A stretch of 64,000 nt of DNA. Origin: an uncultured Actinomycetes bacterium (GTDB lineage: Bacteria; Actinomycetota; Thermoleophilia; Gaiellales; Gaiellaceae). Location: the NCBI GenBank assembly GCA_963759365.1, contig CAVWYX010000007.1:29422-93421 (forward strand), written 5' to 3'. The notes under the pieces are model-generated. The model saw nothing but the letters and a program-made list of their open reading frames with translations, ran no database searches and was not told where the DNA came from. The position numbers and the translations under genes were made by a program. This document shows positions 27,473 through 35,709 of this stretch, in pieces; the first letter of the stretch is position 1; each line of letters starts with the position of its first letter.

Positions 27473-27906
27473 TTCGGATCGAGCGCGAGCATCACTTTGC
27501 GATACCCGTCGAAACCGGCTTCGCGTTCATCACCGACATGGCGAACTGGCCCCGGTACTGGCCCGGGTTCGTCCGGATAGAGTCCGGTTCGCGCTGGAAC
27601 GCCCCGGGCGACGAGGCCCGCATCGCCGTTCGACTTCTTGGGCGGGAAGTCGAGCTTCGGATGACTCTGCGCAACTTCGAGCAGAACCAACTGGTCGAGT
27701 ACGAGAGCACCCAGACCGGGATGCCCGATGCGCATCACGAGCGACACTTCGTACCGGCCAACGGCGGGTTCTTCTACCGCCTCGTGGTCGAGTACGAGCC
27801 GAGGGCTGGGGTCCGAGGCCTCTACGACCGGCTTTTGCTTCGGCGCGGCGTCGAGCGCGCGCTCTGTCAGACGGTCGCAAACCTCGACACCAGGTTGGCA
27901 GCGTGA
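27469..27906 (+). CDS. SRPBCC (polyketide cyclase/dehydrase-like) family protein
   Basis: 145 aa; MIRIEREHHFAIPVETGFAFITDMANWPRYWPGF. Confidence 0.75.
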   Translation: MIRIEREHHFAIPVETGFAFITDMANWPRYWPGFVRIESGSRWNAPGDEARIAVRLLGREVELRMTLRNFEQNQLVEYESTQTGMPDAHHERHFVPANGGFFYRLVVEYEPRAGVRGLYDRLLLRRGVERALCQTVANLDTRLAA

Positions 27907-27907
27907 C

Positions 27908-28026
27908 GGTCGGGTATTAGCGCTACTCAGTAGTTACACGCCGTATGCGGAGTCGGCCGGCGCTGCCTACTGGGGCTCGGCGTTGGGTCCGAGACCTGCG
28001 GCGGTGTTCTGGAATGTCGCTCGAGG
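27908..28026 (+). repeat. J20: M(v1), variant spacer, R tail (no L)
   Basis: ggtcgggtattagcgctactcagtagtt|acacgccgtatgcggagtcggccgg...gcggtgttctggaatgtcgctcgagg. Confidence 0.75.
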
Positions 28027-28071
28027 CTTGATGCCCCGCTTCCGCTGAATGCGCGGTCATAGACTCGCCCG

Positions 28072-29175
28072 ATGCTGTTCACGCCGGCGGCGCATGAGGC
28101 CCTCGTCGACGAGTCGTGGAATGCTGAGAGGGTTCGGAGGGTGATTGCTGGGACCGTCGCCGATGTCGAGCGCGAATTCGATGAAGGTTGGCCAGCGCAT
28201 CCGCGGGACTTGCTCGACCATGAGGATCCGAGTGCGCGGTTCCGGACGGTGTATGCGGGCGGCGCGGGGGTCGTGGACGCCCTCTACCGCCTTGCACGAC
28301 GCGGCTTCGTGGAGCTGCGAGGGGACTACGTCCCGTATCTGGAACGTTCGCTCGAGGCGGAGCCGGACTTTCCGGAGGAGGATTCCCAGCGAAGCCTCTG
28401 GATGGGCGAGACGGGAATCCGGCTCGTCCTGCAGAGACTCGCACCGTCGCCGGCGAATCTCGAGCGGCTGGCGGAGCTGATCGCGGCGAACGCGCGGGAC
28501 GAGCGGTGCGAGCTGATGTGGGGCAGTCCCGGAACGATCCTCGCGGGACGCGAGCTCGGGCTGGACGTTACGGCGAGCATCGAGTGGTTACGGGGGCGCC
28601 GCGACGCGGACGGCTTGTGGACGCAGCAGCTCGGCGGGCGAAGCAGCCGCTTCCTCGGCCCAGCGCACGGATTCGCGGGCTGCGCGCTCGCGCTCGGCGA
28701 TGCCGTCCGCGTCTCGGAGACGCTCCAGCGCTTCGCCGTCGAGGAGGACGGGCTCGTCAACTGGCTGCCGTACGCCGCGATGCAGCGACTGGATGCACAC
28801 CGCGACGGTCAGATCCGGACGCAGTGGTGCCACGGCGCGCCGGGGATCGTCGCGACGCTCGCGGACACGATGGACGAAGAGCTCGCGCTCGGAGGCGGCG
28901 AGTTGACGTGGCGTGCCGGCCCGTTGACGAAGGGCGCGGGCCTCTGCCACGGGACAGCCGGAAACGGGTACTCGTTCCTGGCGTTGCTCGAGCGCACCGG
29001 CGACGAAATGTGGCTCGCCCGAGCGCGCGCGTTCGCGATGCACGCCGCGAGCCAGGTAGAGCGGAGCCGCACCGACGACGGGCGCGGGCGCTACACGCTC
29101 TGGACAGGCGACCTCGGCGCGGCCCTCTATCTCGCCGACTGCCTCGACGGAGGAGGGAAACCACCCCTCCCATAG
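28072..29175 (+). CDS. LanC-like (lanthionine synthetase C-like) protein, stand-alone
   Basis: 367 aa; MWGSPGTILAG, GPAHGFAGCALAL, WCHGAPGIVATL, GLCHGTAGNGYSFLAL. Confidence 0.8.
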   Translation: MLFTPAAHEALVDESWNAERVRRVIAGTVADVEREFDEGWPAHPRDLLDHEDPSARFRTVYAGGAGVVDALYRLARRGFVELRGDYVPYLERSLEAEPDFPEEDSQRSLWMGETGIRLVLQRLAPSPANLERLAELIAANARDERCELMWGSPGTILAGRELGLDVTASIEWLRGRRDADGLWTQQLGGRSSRFLGPAHGFAGCALALGDAVRVSETLQRFAVEEDGLVNWLPYAAMQRLDAHRDGQIRTQWCHGAPGIVATLADTMDEELALGGGELTWRAGPLTKGAGLCHGTAGNGYSFLALLERTGDEMWLARARAFAMHAASQVERSRTDDGRGRYTLWTGDLGAALYLADCLDGGGKPPLP

Positions 29176-29192
29176 ACGCTCATTCCGATCGT

Positions 29193-29225
29193 CTGGTCAG
29201 CTGTTCGGGAACGTCTCCCCTGACG
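29193..29225 (+). repeat. J21: R-only junction
   Basis: ctggtcagctgttcgggaacgtctcccctgacg. Confidence 0.8.
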
Positions 29226-29260
29226 AGGCGACATGGACTCACCACAAGTGACCGTCGCAT

Positions 29261-29360
29261 GGCGAGCATCCTCTCGCCTGAAGACTGTTCCGGTATAGAC
29301 GCTACTCAGTAGTTGGAGAGAGAACCCTCGCCTGCGCGAGTGTGCGGGAAGTATCTCGAG
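29261..29360 (+). repeat. J22: full L-M(v1)-H-R, 35 nt after J21 (empty cassette between)
   Basis: ggcgagcatcctctcgcctgaagactgttccggtatagacgctactcagtagttggagagagaaccctcgcctgcgcgagtgtgcgggaagtatctcgag. Confidence 0.85.
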
Positions 29361-29451
29361 CTTCTAGCGCCGGGCTAGGCGCCGGCGCCGCGCTTACTGG
29401 CCGGATCGCCGGGTGTCCAGTCTAGGTCTGCGTAGGGGAGGGATCTCTAGG

Positions 29452-29668
29452 GAGGCGCCCCCTCGAACCCGCTCGACTCCAGGTGCCGCAGCAGTTCGTG
29501 GACACACGGTGTCCACGGTCCGGTGGGGCGTCGCACGGTCGAACCGACCTTCACGACCTCCGCGCTCATATTCCCGCCTGAGAGTTGCTCCTCCACACAG
29601 ACATCCTGACGCTCAAACCAGCGCGGCGCGAACACGCCCAAACGCCTCCGATGGGATCTCTGGGCGCG
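29452..29668 (-). pseudogene. N-terminal fragment of the APH-like phosphotransferase (duplicate of 14236-14460)
   Basis: About 215 nt nearly identical to 14236-14460. It encodes MSAEVVKVGSTVRRPTGPWTPCVHELLRHLESSGFEGAP and then stops being homologous. Confidence 0.7.
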
Positions 29669-29669
29669 A

Positions 29670-29705
29670 CCCAGCACCGTTCCCAGCGTTCCGGTGCGGG
29701 CGCGT
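29670..29705 (+). repeat. J23: degenerate R-like site
   Basis: cccagcaccgttcccagcgttccggtgcggg compared with tgggccagcgttccggaatg. Confidence 0.4.
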
Positions 29706-29748
29706 GGCCGGAGCCGCGAACGGCGTGCCCCAATTACCATCGCCACCC

Positions 29749-30294
29749 GTGGCCGAGGGCGTCGTCATCCGTCCCGAGCGCGACGCGGACCATCCCGTGA
29801 TCGCAGAGGTGGTCCGCGCGGCATTCGTCGGACACCCCGACGAGGTCGCGTCGTTCGTCGAGCGCATTCGGGCGTCGGAACAGTTCATTTCGGAGCTGGC
29901 GTTGGTCGCCGAGGACTCCTCCGGTGTGATTGCTCACGTGATGCTGAGCTGGGTCGGCGTTGAAGGCGGATCCCGGACAAGGATCCTCAATCTCACGCCG
30001 ATGTCGGTTCGGCCTGACCGCCAGCGCATCGGTGTGGGGGCACGGCTGATCCGGGACGCGCTCGGCCGCGCCGAAGAAGCAGGCGAGCCTGCCGTCATGG
30101 TCGAGGGCATTCCCGCCTACTATCCTCGCTTCGGCTTCGAGCAGGCGAGCGCGCTCGGCTTCATCTCCCCGCATCCGAAGATCCCCGACGACGCTTTCAT
30201 GGTCAAGCGGCTCCAGGGATACAGCCCCGACCTCGCCGGTCGGATCGTCTATCCGGCCGCGTTCGACGCTCTCGGTTACCAACGACCGGTCTGA
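29749..30294 (+). CDS. GNAT family N-acetyltransferase (YhbS-like)
   Basis: GTG 29749; VVIRPERDADHPVIAEVVRAAF...MSVRPDRQRIGVGARLIRDALGRAEEAGEPAVMVEG. Confidence 0.75.
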   Translation: MAEGVVIRPERDADHPVIAEVVRAAFVGHPDEVASFVERIRASEQFISELALVAEDSSGVIAHVMLSWVGVEGGSRTRILNLTPMSVRPDRQRIGVGARLIRDALGRAEEAGEPAVMVEGIPAYYPRFGFEQASALGFISPHPKIPDDAFMVKRLQGYSPDLAGRIVYPAAFDALGYQRPV

Positions 30295-30353
30295 GAAGAG
30301 CGGCGCACTCGGCGGGTCGCAACGTGCCTAACGAGGTCCCGGGCGTCGGCTAC

Positions 30354-30396
30354 GAAACCCTCGGCTGGGCCAGTGTTCAGGAATGTCCCCCGAACG
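30354..30396 (+). repeat. J24: (H tail)-R junction
   Basis: gaaaccctcggctgggccagtgttcaggaatgtcccccgaacg. Confidence 0.9.
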
Positions 30397-30455
30397 ACGT
30401 TTACGCTGGACGGGCGACCGATGAGTCTTCGCCTTGAAGGCGGTCTAGAGGAAGC

Positions 30456-31004
30456 GTGATCCTCGTACACGTAGCGATGTCTCTCGACGGCTTTATCGCC
30501 GGCCCGGGGCACGACATGTCCTGGACAGGCGGGGCCGAGTTCGACACCTCCAGCCAGCTCGCAGACGACGTCGCGCGTTCAACCAGCGTCGTGCTGGCCG
30601 GCCGTGGCTGGTACGAGGTTGCGAGCGCAGACGAGGGCGGCGCTGTCGCTGGAATCTACGGCGGGGCTTGGTCGGGACCGGTCCTCGTCTTGACGCATCA
30701 TCCGGAGCGGCTCGCGTCCGACGCAACGGTGGAAGCGGTCTCGGACCTAGGGACTGCTTTGGCGCGCGCCGAGGAACTCGCCGACGGTCGAGCGGTGAGC
30801 ATCTTCGGTGCCGATGTTGCTCGGCAGGTGCTGGCGCTTGGTCGGCTAGACGAGATCGTCGTGCAGATCGTCCCTCTCATACTTGGCGATGGGGTGCGGC
30901 TGTTCGGCGAGGCGCCGGCTCCCCAAGTCAGGCTGGAGCGCACGTACGTCGGTACGAGCGGGACGCTGACGGACATCCGCTTTCGAGTCTCCGGCCGTCG
31001 ATGA
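30456..31004 (+). CDS. RibD_C / dihydrofolate-reductase-like family protein
   Basis: 182 aa; MILVHVAMSLDGFIAGPGHDMSW...IVVQIVPLILGDGVRLF. Confidence 0.8.
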   Translation: MILVHVAMSLDGFIAGPGHDMSWTGGAEFDTSSQLADDVARSTSVVLAGRGWYEVASADEGGAVAGIYGGAWSGPVLVLTHHPERLASDATVEAVSDLGTALARAEELADGRAVSIFGADVARQVLALGRLDEIVVQIVPLILGDGVRLFGEAPAPQVRLERTYVGTSGTLTDIRFRVSGRR

Positions 31005-31125
31005 GCGGGTTCTGGCTTGATGTCATCAGTGACGGCCTCGACAGGTATCGCGGCACTCCCCAAACCGTGAGGAGGTCGAACTACGCCCGGCTGCTCGACT
31101 TCAGTACGTGCTAGCGCCAGCACAG

Positions 31126-31159
31126 CGGCATGGGCCAGTGTTCGGGAATGACGCCTGAG
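31126..31159 (+). repeat. J25: R-only junction
   Basis: cggcatgggccagtgttcgggaatgacgcctgag. Confidence 0.9.
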
Positions 31160-31191
31160 CCGCGTCGAGCTGAACGGCTGCTTGGAGACGC

Positions 31192-31641
31192 CTAAGCTCG
31201 CCGCGCGTACTCGACGGTGGCGAATGGCCAGTCTGATTCGAGCCACTCGGTCACGGCGCGCCAGAGCGGGGTGTCCAGGTGCGCGTGGCTCTTCCGCACC
31301 CAGGAGAGGACGGAGGCGGCGTAGTCGTTGTCAGGGAGCGGGTAGATGTAGACGCACCCGATCACGTCACGGCCGCCTGGATCGAGCACCGTGTACGTGA
31401 ACCCCTTCCGGTTGCGGAAGTCGTCGGCGTGGCGCTGCAGGTCGGCGCGATTCTCGTCCCGCGTCATCTCTCTTGGCCAGGAGCCGTCGGGGAACCCAGG
31501 CGTCGCCGCGATGTGCTCCATCGACGACGTCCAGGCGTCGTAATCCTGCTCGTTGTGCTCGGGCCCAAGCGGTTCGACGACGAACTCAGAAGTCTCGAGA
31601 CCGAGCGAGACTTCGAAGTCGGGCGGGACGAACTCGGCCAT
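31192..31641 (-). CDS. GNAT-like acetyltransferase family protein
   Basis: 149 aa; FVVEPLGPEHNEQDYDAWTSSMEHIAATPGFPDGSWP...FTYTVLDPGGRDVIGCVYIYP (family recalled, moderate certainty). Confidence 0.6.
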   Translation of the reverse strand: MAEFVPPDFEVSLGLETSEFVVEPLGPEHNEQDYDAWTSSMEHIAATPGFPDGSWPREMTRDENRADLQRHADDFRNRKGFTYTVLDPGGRDVIGCVYIYPLPDNDYAASVLSWVRKSHAHLDTPLWRAVTEWLESDWPFATVEYARRA

Positions 31642-31687
31642 GAACCGATCCTAGGGCGCTGGCTCAGGTGAAGCCAAAGAAGCATCG

Positions 31688-31722
31688 TCACCTGCGCCGG
31701 CGTGCGGGAATGTCCCGCCGGC
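31688..31722 (+). repeat. J26: R-only junction (diverged)
   Basis: tcacctgcgccggcgtgcgggaatgtcccgccggc. Confidence 0.75.
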
Positions 31723-31898
31723 GGGGAGGCTGCAAGTAGCCGGACGGTGCGTTAGGTTCCGCCAGCGCCGTTCCCGTCGCTTGGAGCGCCACCGGCGCAG
31801 TCGCATCGAAGAGCTAGCTGGTCGAGAGACCTCGGCATCGATTGATGCGAAGCGATGACTTCGCCTCGCGGCGGGAGTCGTACGTCGGTAGGAGGTTG

Positions 31899-32519
31899 AT
31901 GCTGATAACGCCGCCCACGATCACGCCAGTCCGCGTTGCCGACCTGCTCGCCGAGGGCGAGCGGGTGCCGGTCTACGTGCACGTCATCGACCATCCCGAT
32001 GCGCGCGTGCTGGTCGACACCGGCATCACGGAGCTGCACCCGGCGGTAGCCGACCTCGATCCCCGCCTCCGTCCACTGAGCAAGCAGGACTTCGACCTCG
32101 CGGGCATCGACATCGTCGTCAACACACACCTGCACTTCGACCACTGCGGCGGCAACCACCTGTTCGCCGGACGGCCGATCTACGTTCAGCGGCAGGAGCT
32201 CGAGGACGCGCGCACGGAGGACGACTACACCATTCGCGAGTGGGTCGAGGCGCCCGGCGTGCGTTACGAGCCGGTCGACGGCGAGCTCGAGCTGCTTCCG
32301 GGGCTCCGGCTCGTCCCAGCGCCGGGCCACACACGCGGCATGCAGGTGGTCGTCGTCGAGACTGGCGGGCGTCCGGTCGTCGTCGGCGGTGACGTGGCGG
32401 TTTGGTTCGGCGAGCTCGACGAGCCGCACACTGAAGGCCAGCTGCGGGTGCGCGCGCTCGAGCCCGAGCTCGTCTGGCTCGCGCACGAGCACGAGCCCTG
32501 GCGGCCGCGCACCACGTAA
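31899..32519 (+). CDS. MBL-fold metallo-hydrolase (lactonase-like)
   Basis: ATG 31899 after GGTAGGAGG; VVNTHLHFDHCGGN and PAPGHTRG motifs. Confidence 0.8.
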   Translation: MLITPPTITPVRVADLLAEGERVPVYVHVIDHPDARVLVDTGITELHPAVADLDPRLRPLSKQDFDLAGIDIVVNTHLHFDHCGGNHLFAGRPIYVQRQELEDARTEDDYTIREWVEAPGVRYEPVDGELELLPGLRLVPAPGHTRGMQVVVVETGGRPVVVGGDVAVWFGELDEPHTEGQLRVRALEPELVWLAHEHEPWRPRTT

Positions 32520-32646
32520 GGCGCGGCACAGTGCATACGGCCCACGATGACCTCGAACACAACGATCGGGACGGCTGATCGCTGACAGAAGCGAACGGGC
32601 AACGAAATCGAGCCTCCGTCGCACTAGGTTCGCCCGCGGGCATTGT

Positions 32647-32685
32647 GCGTTGCGGTGCGCCAGCGTTCGGGAATGTCACCTGAGG
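32647..32685 (+). repeat. J27: R-only junction
   Basis: gcgttgcggtgcgccagcgttcgggaatgtcacctgagg. Confidence 0.9.
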
Positions 32686-32744
32686 CAACTGACCGACCAC
32701 GCACGACTTAGACTCCTTGGGCGCAGATTGGATATGTTCGCCGA

Positions 32745-33209
32745 ATGAAGACGTTCAACCTCAACAGCGACGAGTGGGATGGGACGAGGGATCGCGACGG
32801 CTGGCGCGTCAAGGGCGCGCTTGTCGGCCAACGCGTCGGCGGTGAGCTAATAGGCGCGACCATGTCCGAAGTCGGGCCTGGCGACAGGCTCTGGCCCTAC
32901 CACACGCACTACCTGAACGAGGAATGGGTGATCGTGCTCGGCGGCGAGCCGACGCTGCGCACGCCCGAAGGTGAGCGTGTGTTGAAGGAGGGTGACGTCG
33001 TCTGCTTTCCGCGAGGCAAGGACGGTGCGCATCAGATCATCAACCGAACAGACTCGCCCATTCGGGTACTCATGCTCTCCTCGATGATCCGCGGCGAGAT
33101 CATTGAGTACCTCGACGCCGGGAAGGTTCTCGCCAAGGGCGTCGAGGACGAAGACATCATGTTCGCGAGGCCCGGACCCACGGTCGAGTTCTGGGAGGGC
33201 GAGGACTAG
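32745..33209 (+). CDS. cupin domain protein
   Basis: 154 aa; LWPYHTHYLNEEWVIVLGGEPTLRTPEGERVLKEGDVVCFPRGKDGAHQIIN. Confidence 0.8.
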   Translation: MKTFNLNSDEWDGTRDRDGWRVKGALVGQRVGGELIGATMSEVGPGDRLWPYHTHYLNEEWVIVLGGEPTLRTPEGERVLKEGDVVCFPRGKDGAHQIINRTDSPIRVLMLSSMIRGEIIEYLDAGKVLAKGVEDEDIMFARPGPTVEFWEGED

Positions 33210-33268
33210 CTCCGGGCCACGCTCTCGATTAACCGGGCAGCAGAGACTCCGCCGACCCAAGGTCATCC

Positions 33269-33373
33269 GAGTGCACGAGCGTCCTGTCCCTTGAGTGCAG
33301 TCGGGTGTAAGCGCAACTCTGTAGTTGGGTGAAGGACCCTCGCCTGGCCCAGTGTTCGGAGTGTCACCCGGAG
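33269..33373 (+). repeat. J28: full L-M(v2)-H-R
   Basis: gagtgcacgagcgtcctgtcccttgagtgcagtcgggtgtaagcgcaactctgtagttgggtgaaggaccctcgcctggcccagtgttcggagtgtcacccggag. Confidence 0.85.
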
Positions 33374-33388
33374 CCGCGGGCCGTGCCA

Positions 33389-34090
33389 CTACCCTTGCAC
33401 GGCGGCAGCGTTCGCCGCGGTCACTATCCGCTCATGCGTCTCCTCCGGGTGGGAGACCATCGCGCAGTGTCCGCTCGTGACCTCGATCGTGTCTGCGCCC
33501 ATCCGCTGTGCGAACTGCCTCTCGGCATCGGGTGGAATTGCCTCGTCGTTCTCGGCGACCAGATACCACGAGGGCAGCGACTTCCACGCGGGGGTGCCCA
33601 TCACGTCGTCGAACGTGGACAAGGGCAGAGGCTGCTGCACGGCGTACATGACCTTCGCCTTGACCTGGTCGATATCGGCGGCGAAGTGACGGAGGAAATC
33701 GTCCTCGGGGAGCCAGGCGAAGCCCTCCGAGTCGACATCGATATTCGCCAGCGCCGGGGTCGGAGGACCCCCCTGTAGCAGCGCGCCGATCGACTCACCC
33801 TCGTCGAGCCCGAAGGCGGCGATGTAGACGAGACCGACGACGTTCGGTGCGTCCGTGCCGAGCGAGGTGATGACCTGACCTCCGTAGGAGTGGCCCGCGA
33901 GAATCGTCGGGCCGCTCTGCCGTGTGAGCACGTGACGGACCCTCGCGACGTCATCCGCAAGCGAGGTCTCCGGAAGCTGAGGGGCGGTGACGTTGTAGCC
34001 GTCGGCCTGTAGGCGCTCGATCACGTTGCTCCAGCAAGAGCCGTCTGCCCAGGCTCCATGGACAAGGACGATATTCGGTAGTGCAGCCAT
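33389..34090 (-). CDS. alpha/beta hydrolase
   Basis: 233 aa; IVLVHGAWADGSCW, GHSYGG. Confidence 0.85.
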   Translation of the reverse strand: MAALPNIVLVHGAWADGSCWSNVIERLQADGYNVTAPQLPETSLADDVARVRHVLTRQSGPTILAGHSYGGQVITSLGTDAPNVVGLVYIAAFGLDEGESIGALLQGGPPTPALANIDVDSEGFAWLPEDDFLRHFAADIDQVKAKVMYAVQQPLPLSTFDDVMGTPAWKSLPSWYLVAENDEAIPPDAERQFAQRMGADTIEVTSGHCAMVSHPEETHERIVTAANAAAVQG

Positions 34091-34242
34091 GAGTCACGTC
34101 CTTTCGTGGGGACATCGACCCTATAGACCACGCCAGCAGCCGACAACGGAAGGGAGTACCGAATGGCGGGACTCTGTTCGAGCTCTAATGTGACAGTTCG
34201 GCTCGACGTGCCGTACGCTCGCTGCTAACTGAACGGGAGGCT

Positions 34243-34548
34243 GTGATGGTTCGCTTGTTTGTGCGCATCAACGTCGCCGATTACGAGACTTGGAGGAAGG
34301 TGTACGACGAGTTCTATGGGGAGCGCGTCGCCATGGGTGTCATGGGCGCCGCCGCGTTTCAGTTAGTCGACGACCCGAACGACGTCACCGTATGGCACGA
34401 CTTCGAGACTGCCGAAGTGGCCAGAGCTTTCGTCTCGTCGGACGCTCTACGGAACGTCATGCAGCGTGCCGGCGTCCAAGGCGAGCCCCAGATCTGGTTC
34501 ACCACTGAGAGCTGGCGGCCGGCACCGAGTTTCGCATCAAGCCTCTGA
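34243..34548 (+). CDS. small ferredoxin-like (ABM/cyclase-type) protein
   Basis: 101 aa after GGGAGG; MVRLFVRINVADYETWRKVYDEF...DPNDVTVWHDFETAEVARAFVSSDALRNVMQRAGV. Confidence 0.55.
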   Translation: MMVRLFVRINVADYETWRKVYDEFYGERVAMGVMGAAAFQLVDDPNDVTVWHDFETAEVARAFVSSDALRNVMQRAGVQGEPQIWFTTESWRPAPSFASSL

Positions 34549-34549
34549 C

Positions 34550-34972
34550 ATGGAGATGGACGCAACGGCTGCGGCCGCAGGAGAAGCTCGCGAAATCGTA
34601 GCCGGTCTTTTGGTGCGCGACAGCCGTGTGTTGTTGTGTCACCGCTCTGCTGGTCGTCAATGGTTTCCAGACGTGTGGGATCTCCCCGGTGGGCATGTGG
34701 AACGTGGGGAACCGCCCATAGAAGCGCTCGCCCGTGAGTTGGATGAGGAGTTGGGAATACGCATCCAACAACCTGGGCCCGAGCTACGCCGAGTTGTCGA
34801 GCCCGAATTCGCTTTGCGGATCTGGCTGGTCGAGAGGTGGGTTGGCGATCCCGTAAATGCTTCGCCTGCAGAGCACGACGATCTCCGATGGTTCGACCTA
34901 AATGAAGCATCAAGTCTGCCGCTCGCACACACCGGCTACCTCTCTTTGATACGCGACACGATCGCCGGTTAG
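34550..34972 (+). CDS. NUDIX hydrolase
   Basis: ATG 34550, 1 nt after the upstream stop. Nudix box GGHVERGEPPIEALARELDEELGI. Confidence 0.8.
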   Translation: MEMDATAAAAGEAREIVAGLLVRDSRVLLCHRSAGRQWFPDVWDLPGGHVERGEPPIEALARELDEELGIRIQQPGPELRRVVEPEFALRIWLVERWVGDPVNASPAEHDDLRWFDLNEASSLPLAHTGYLSLIRDTIAG

Positions 34973-34989
34973 GAGCGTCGCGCCGCGGC

Positions 34990-35025
34990 GGTCGCCTGCG
35001 CCAGTGTTCAGGAATGTCCCCGAGC
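34990..35025 (+). repeat. J29: R-only junction
   Basis: ggtcgcctgcgccagtgttcaggaatgtccccgagc. Confidence 0.85.
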
Positions 35026-35094
35026 TGGGGCCGGTACCGGAGCTGCTCGTACCTAGGGTCCCACGCTCCGAGGCGGACTTCTTATGCTGGCGCC

Positions 35095-35577
35095 GTGCGG
35101 ACGGTTTTGGTGACGGGGATGTCGGGTGTCGGAAAGTCGACCGCGCTCGCAGAGCTGGCGCGACACGGCTTCGACGTCGTCGAGACCGATGTTCCTCCTT
35201 GGAGCGAGTGGTCTCGGGCGGCAGGCGGTTATGTTTGGCGCGAGGAGCTCGTGAGCGAGCTCCTCGCAGGTGAGCGCCGAACGACGCTGTACGTGTCGGG
35301 AGCAGTCTCGAATCAGGGACGCTTCTACTCGCAGTTCGACGCGGTCGTGCTTTTAAGCGCGCCGCAGGATGTCCTTCTGCGCCGGATCGAGTCGCGGACG
35401 ACAAACGAATACGGCAAGAGGGCCGAGCAGCTCGAGCGGATCATCCGCGACATGGTCGAAGTCGAACCGTTGCTGCGTGCAACGAGCACACACGAGATCG
35501 TCACAACGAAGCCGATCGCGGACGTGGTTGCCGAGCTCGTCGCCATCGGGCGCTCGAAGCCCCCTGAGGAGTCCTGA
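35095..35577 (+). CDS. P-loop NTPase / small-molecule-kinase-like protein
   Basis: GTG 35095; Walker A VLVTGMSGVGKST. Confidence 0.7.
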   Translation: MRTVLVTGMSGVGKSTALAELARHGFDVVETDVPPWSEWSRAAGGYVWREELVSELLAGERRTTLYVSGAVSNQGRFYSQFDAVVLLSAPQDVLLRRIESRTTNEYGKRAEQLERIIRDMVEVEPLLRATSTHEIVTTKPIADVVAELVAIGRSKPPEES

Positions 35578-35589
35578 GGACGGCGCCTT

Positions 35590-35697
35590 CCCTTTGGGTG
35601 AGCGTGCTGTCACTAGAGCGCAGTCCGTGGTAATGGCGACTCTGTAGTTGGAGAGAGAACCCTCGCCTGCGCCGGCGTTCGGGAATGTCACCCGACG
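35590..35697 (+). repeat. J30: full L-M(v2)-H-R
   Basis: ccctttgggtgagcgtgctgtcactagagcgcagtccgtggtaatggcgactctgtagttggagagagaaccctcgcctgcgccggcgttcgggaatgtcacccgacg. Confidence 0.9.
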
Positions 35698-35709
35698 CCG
35701 CCGCGGGGG

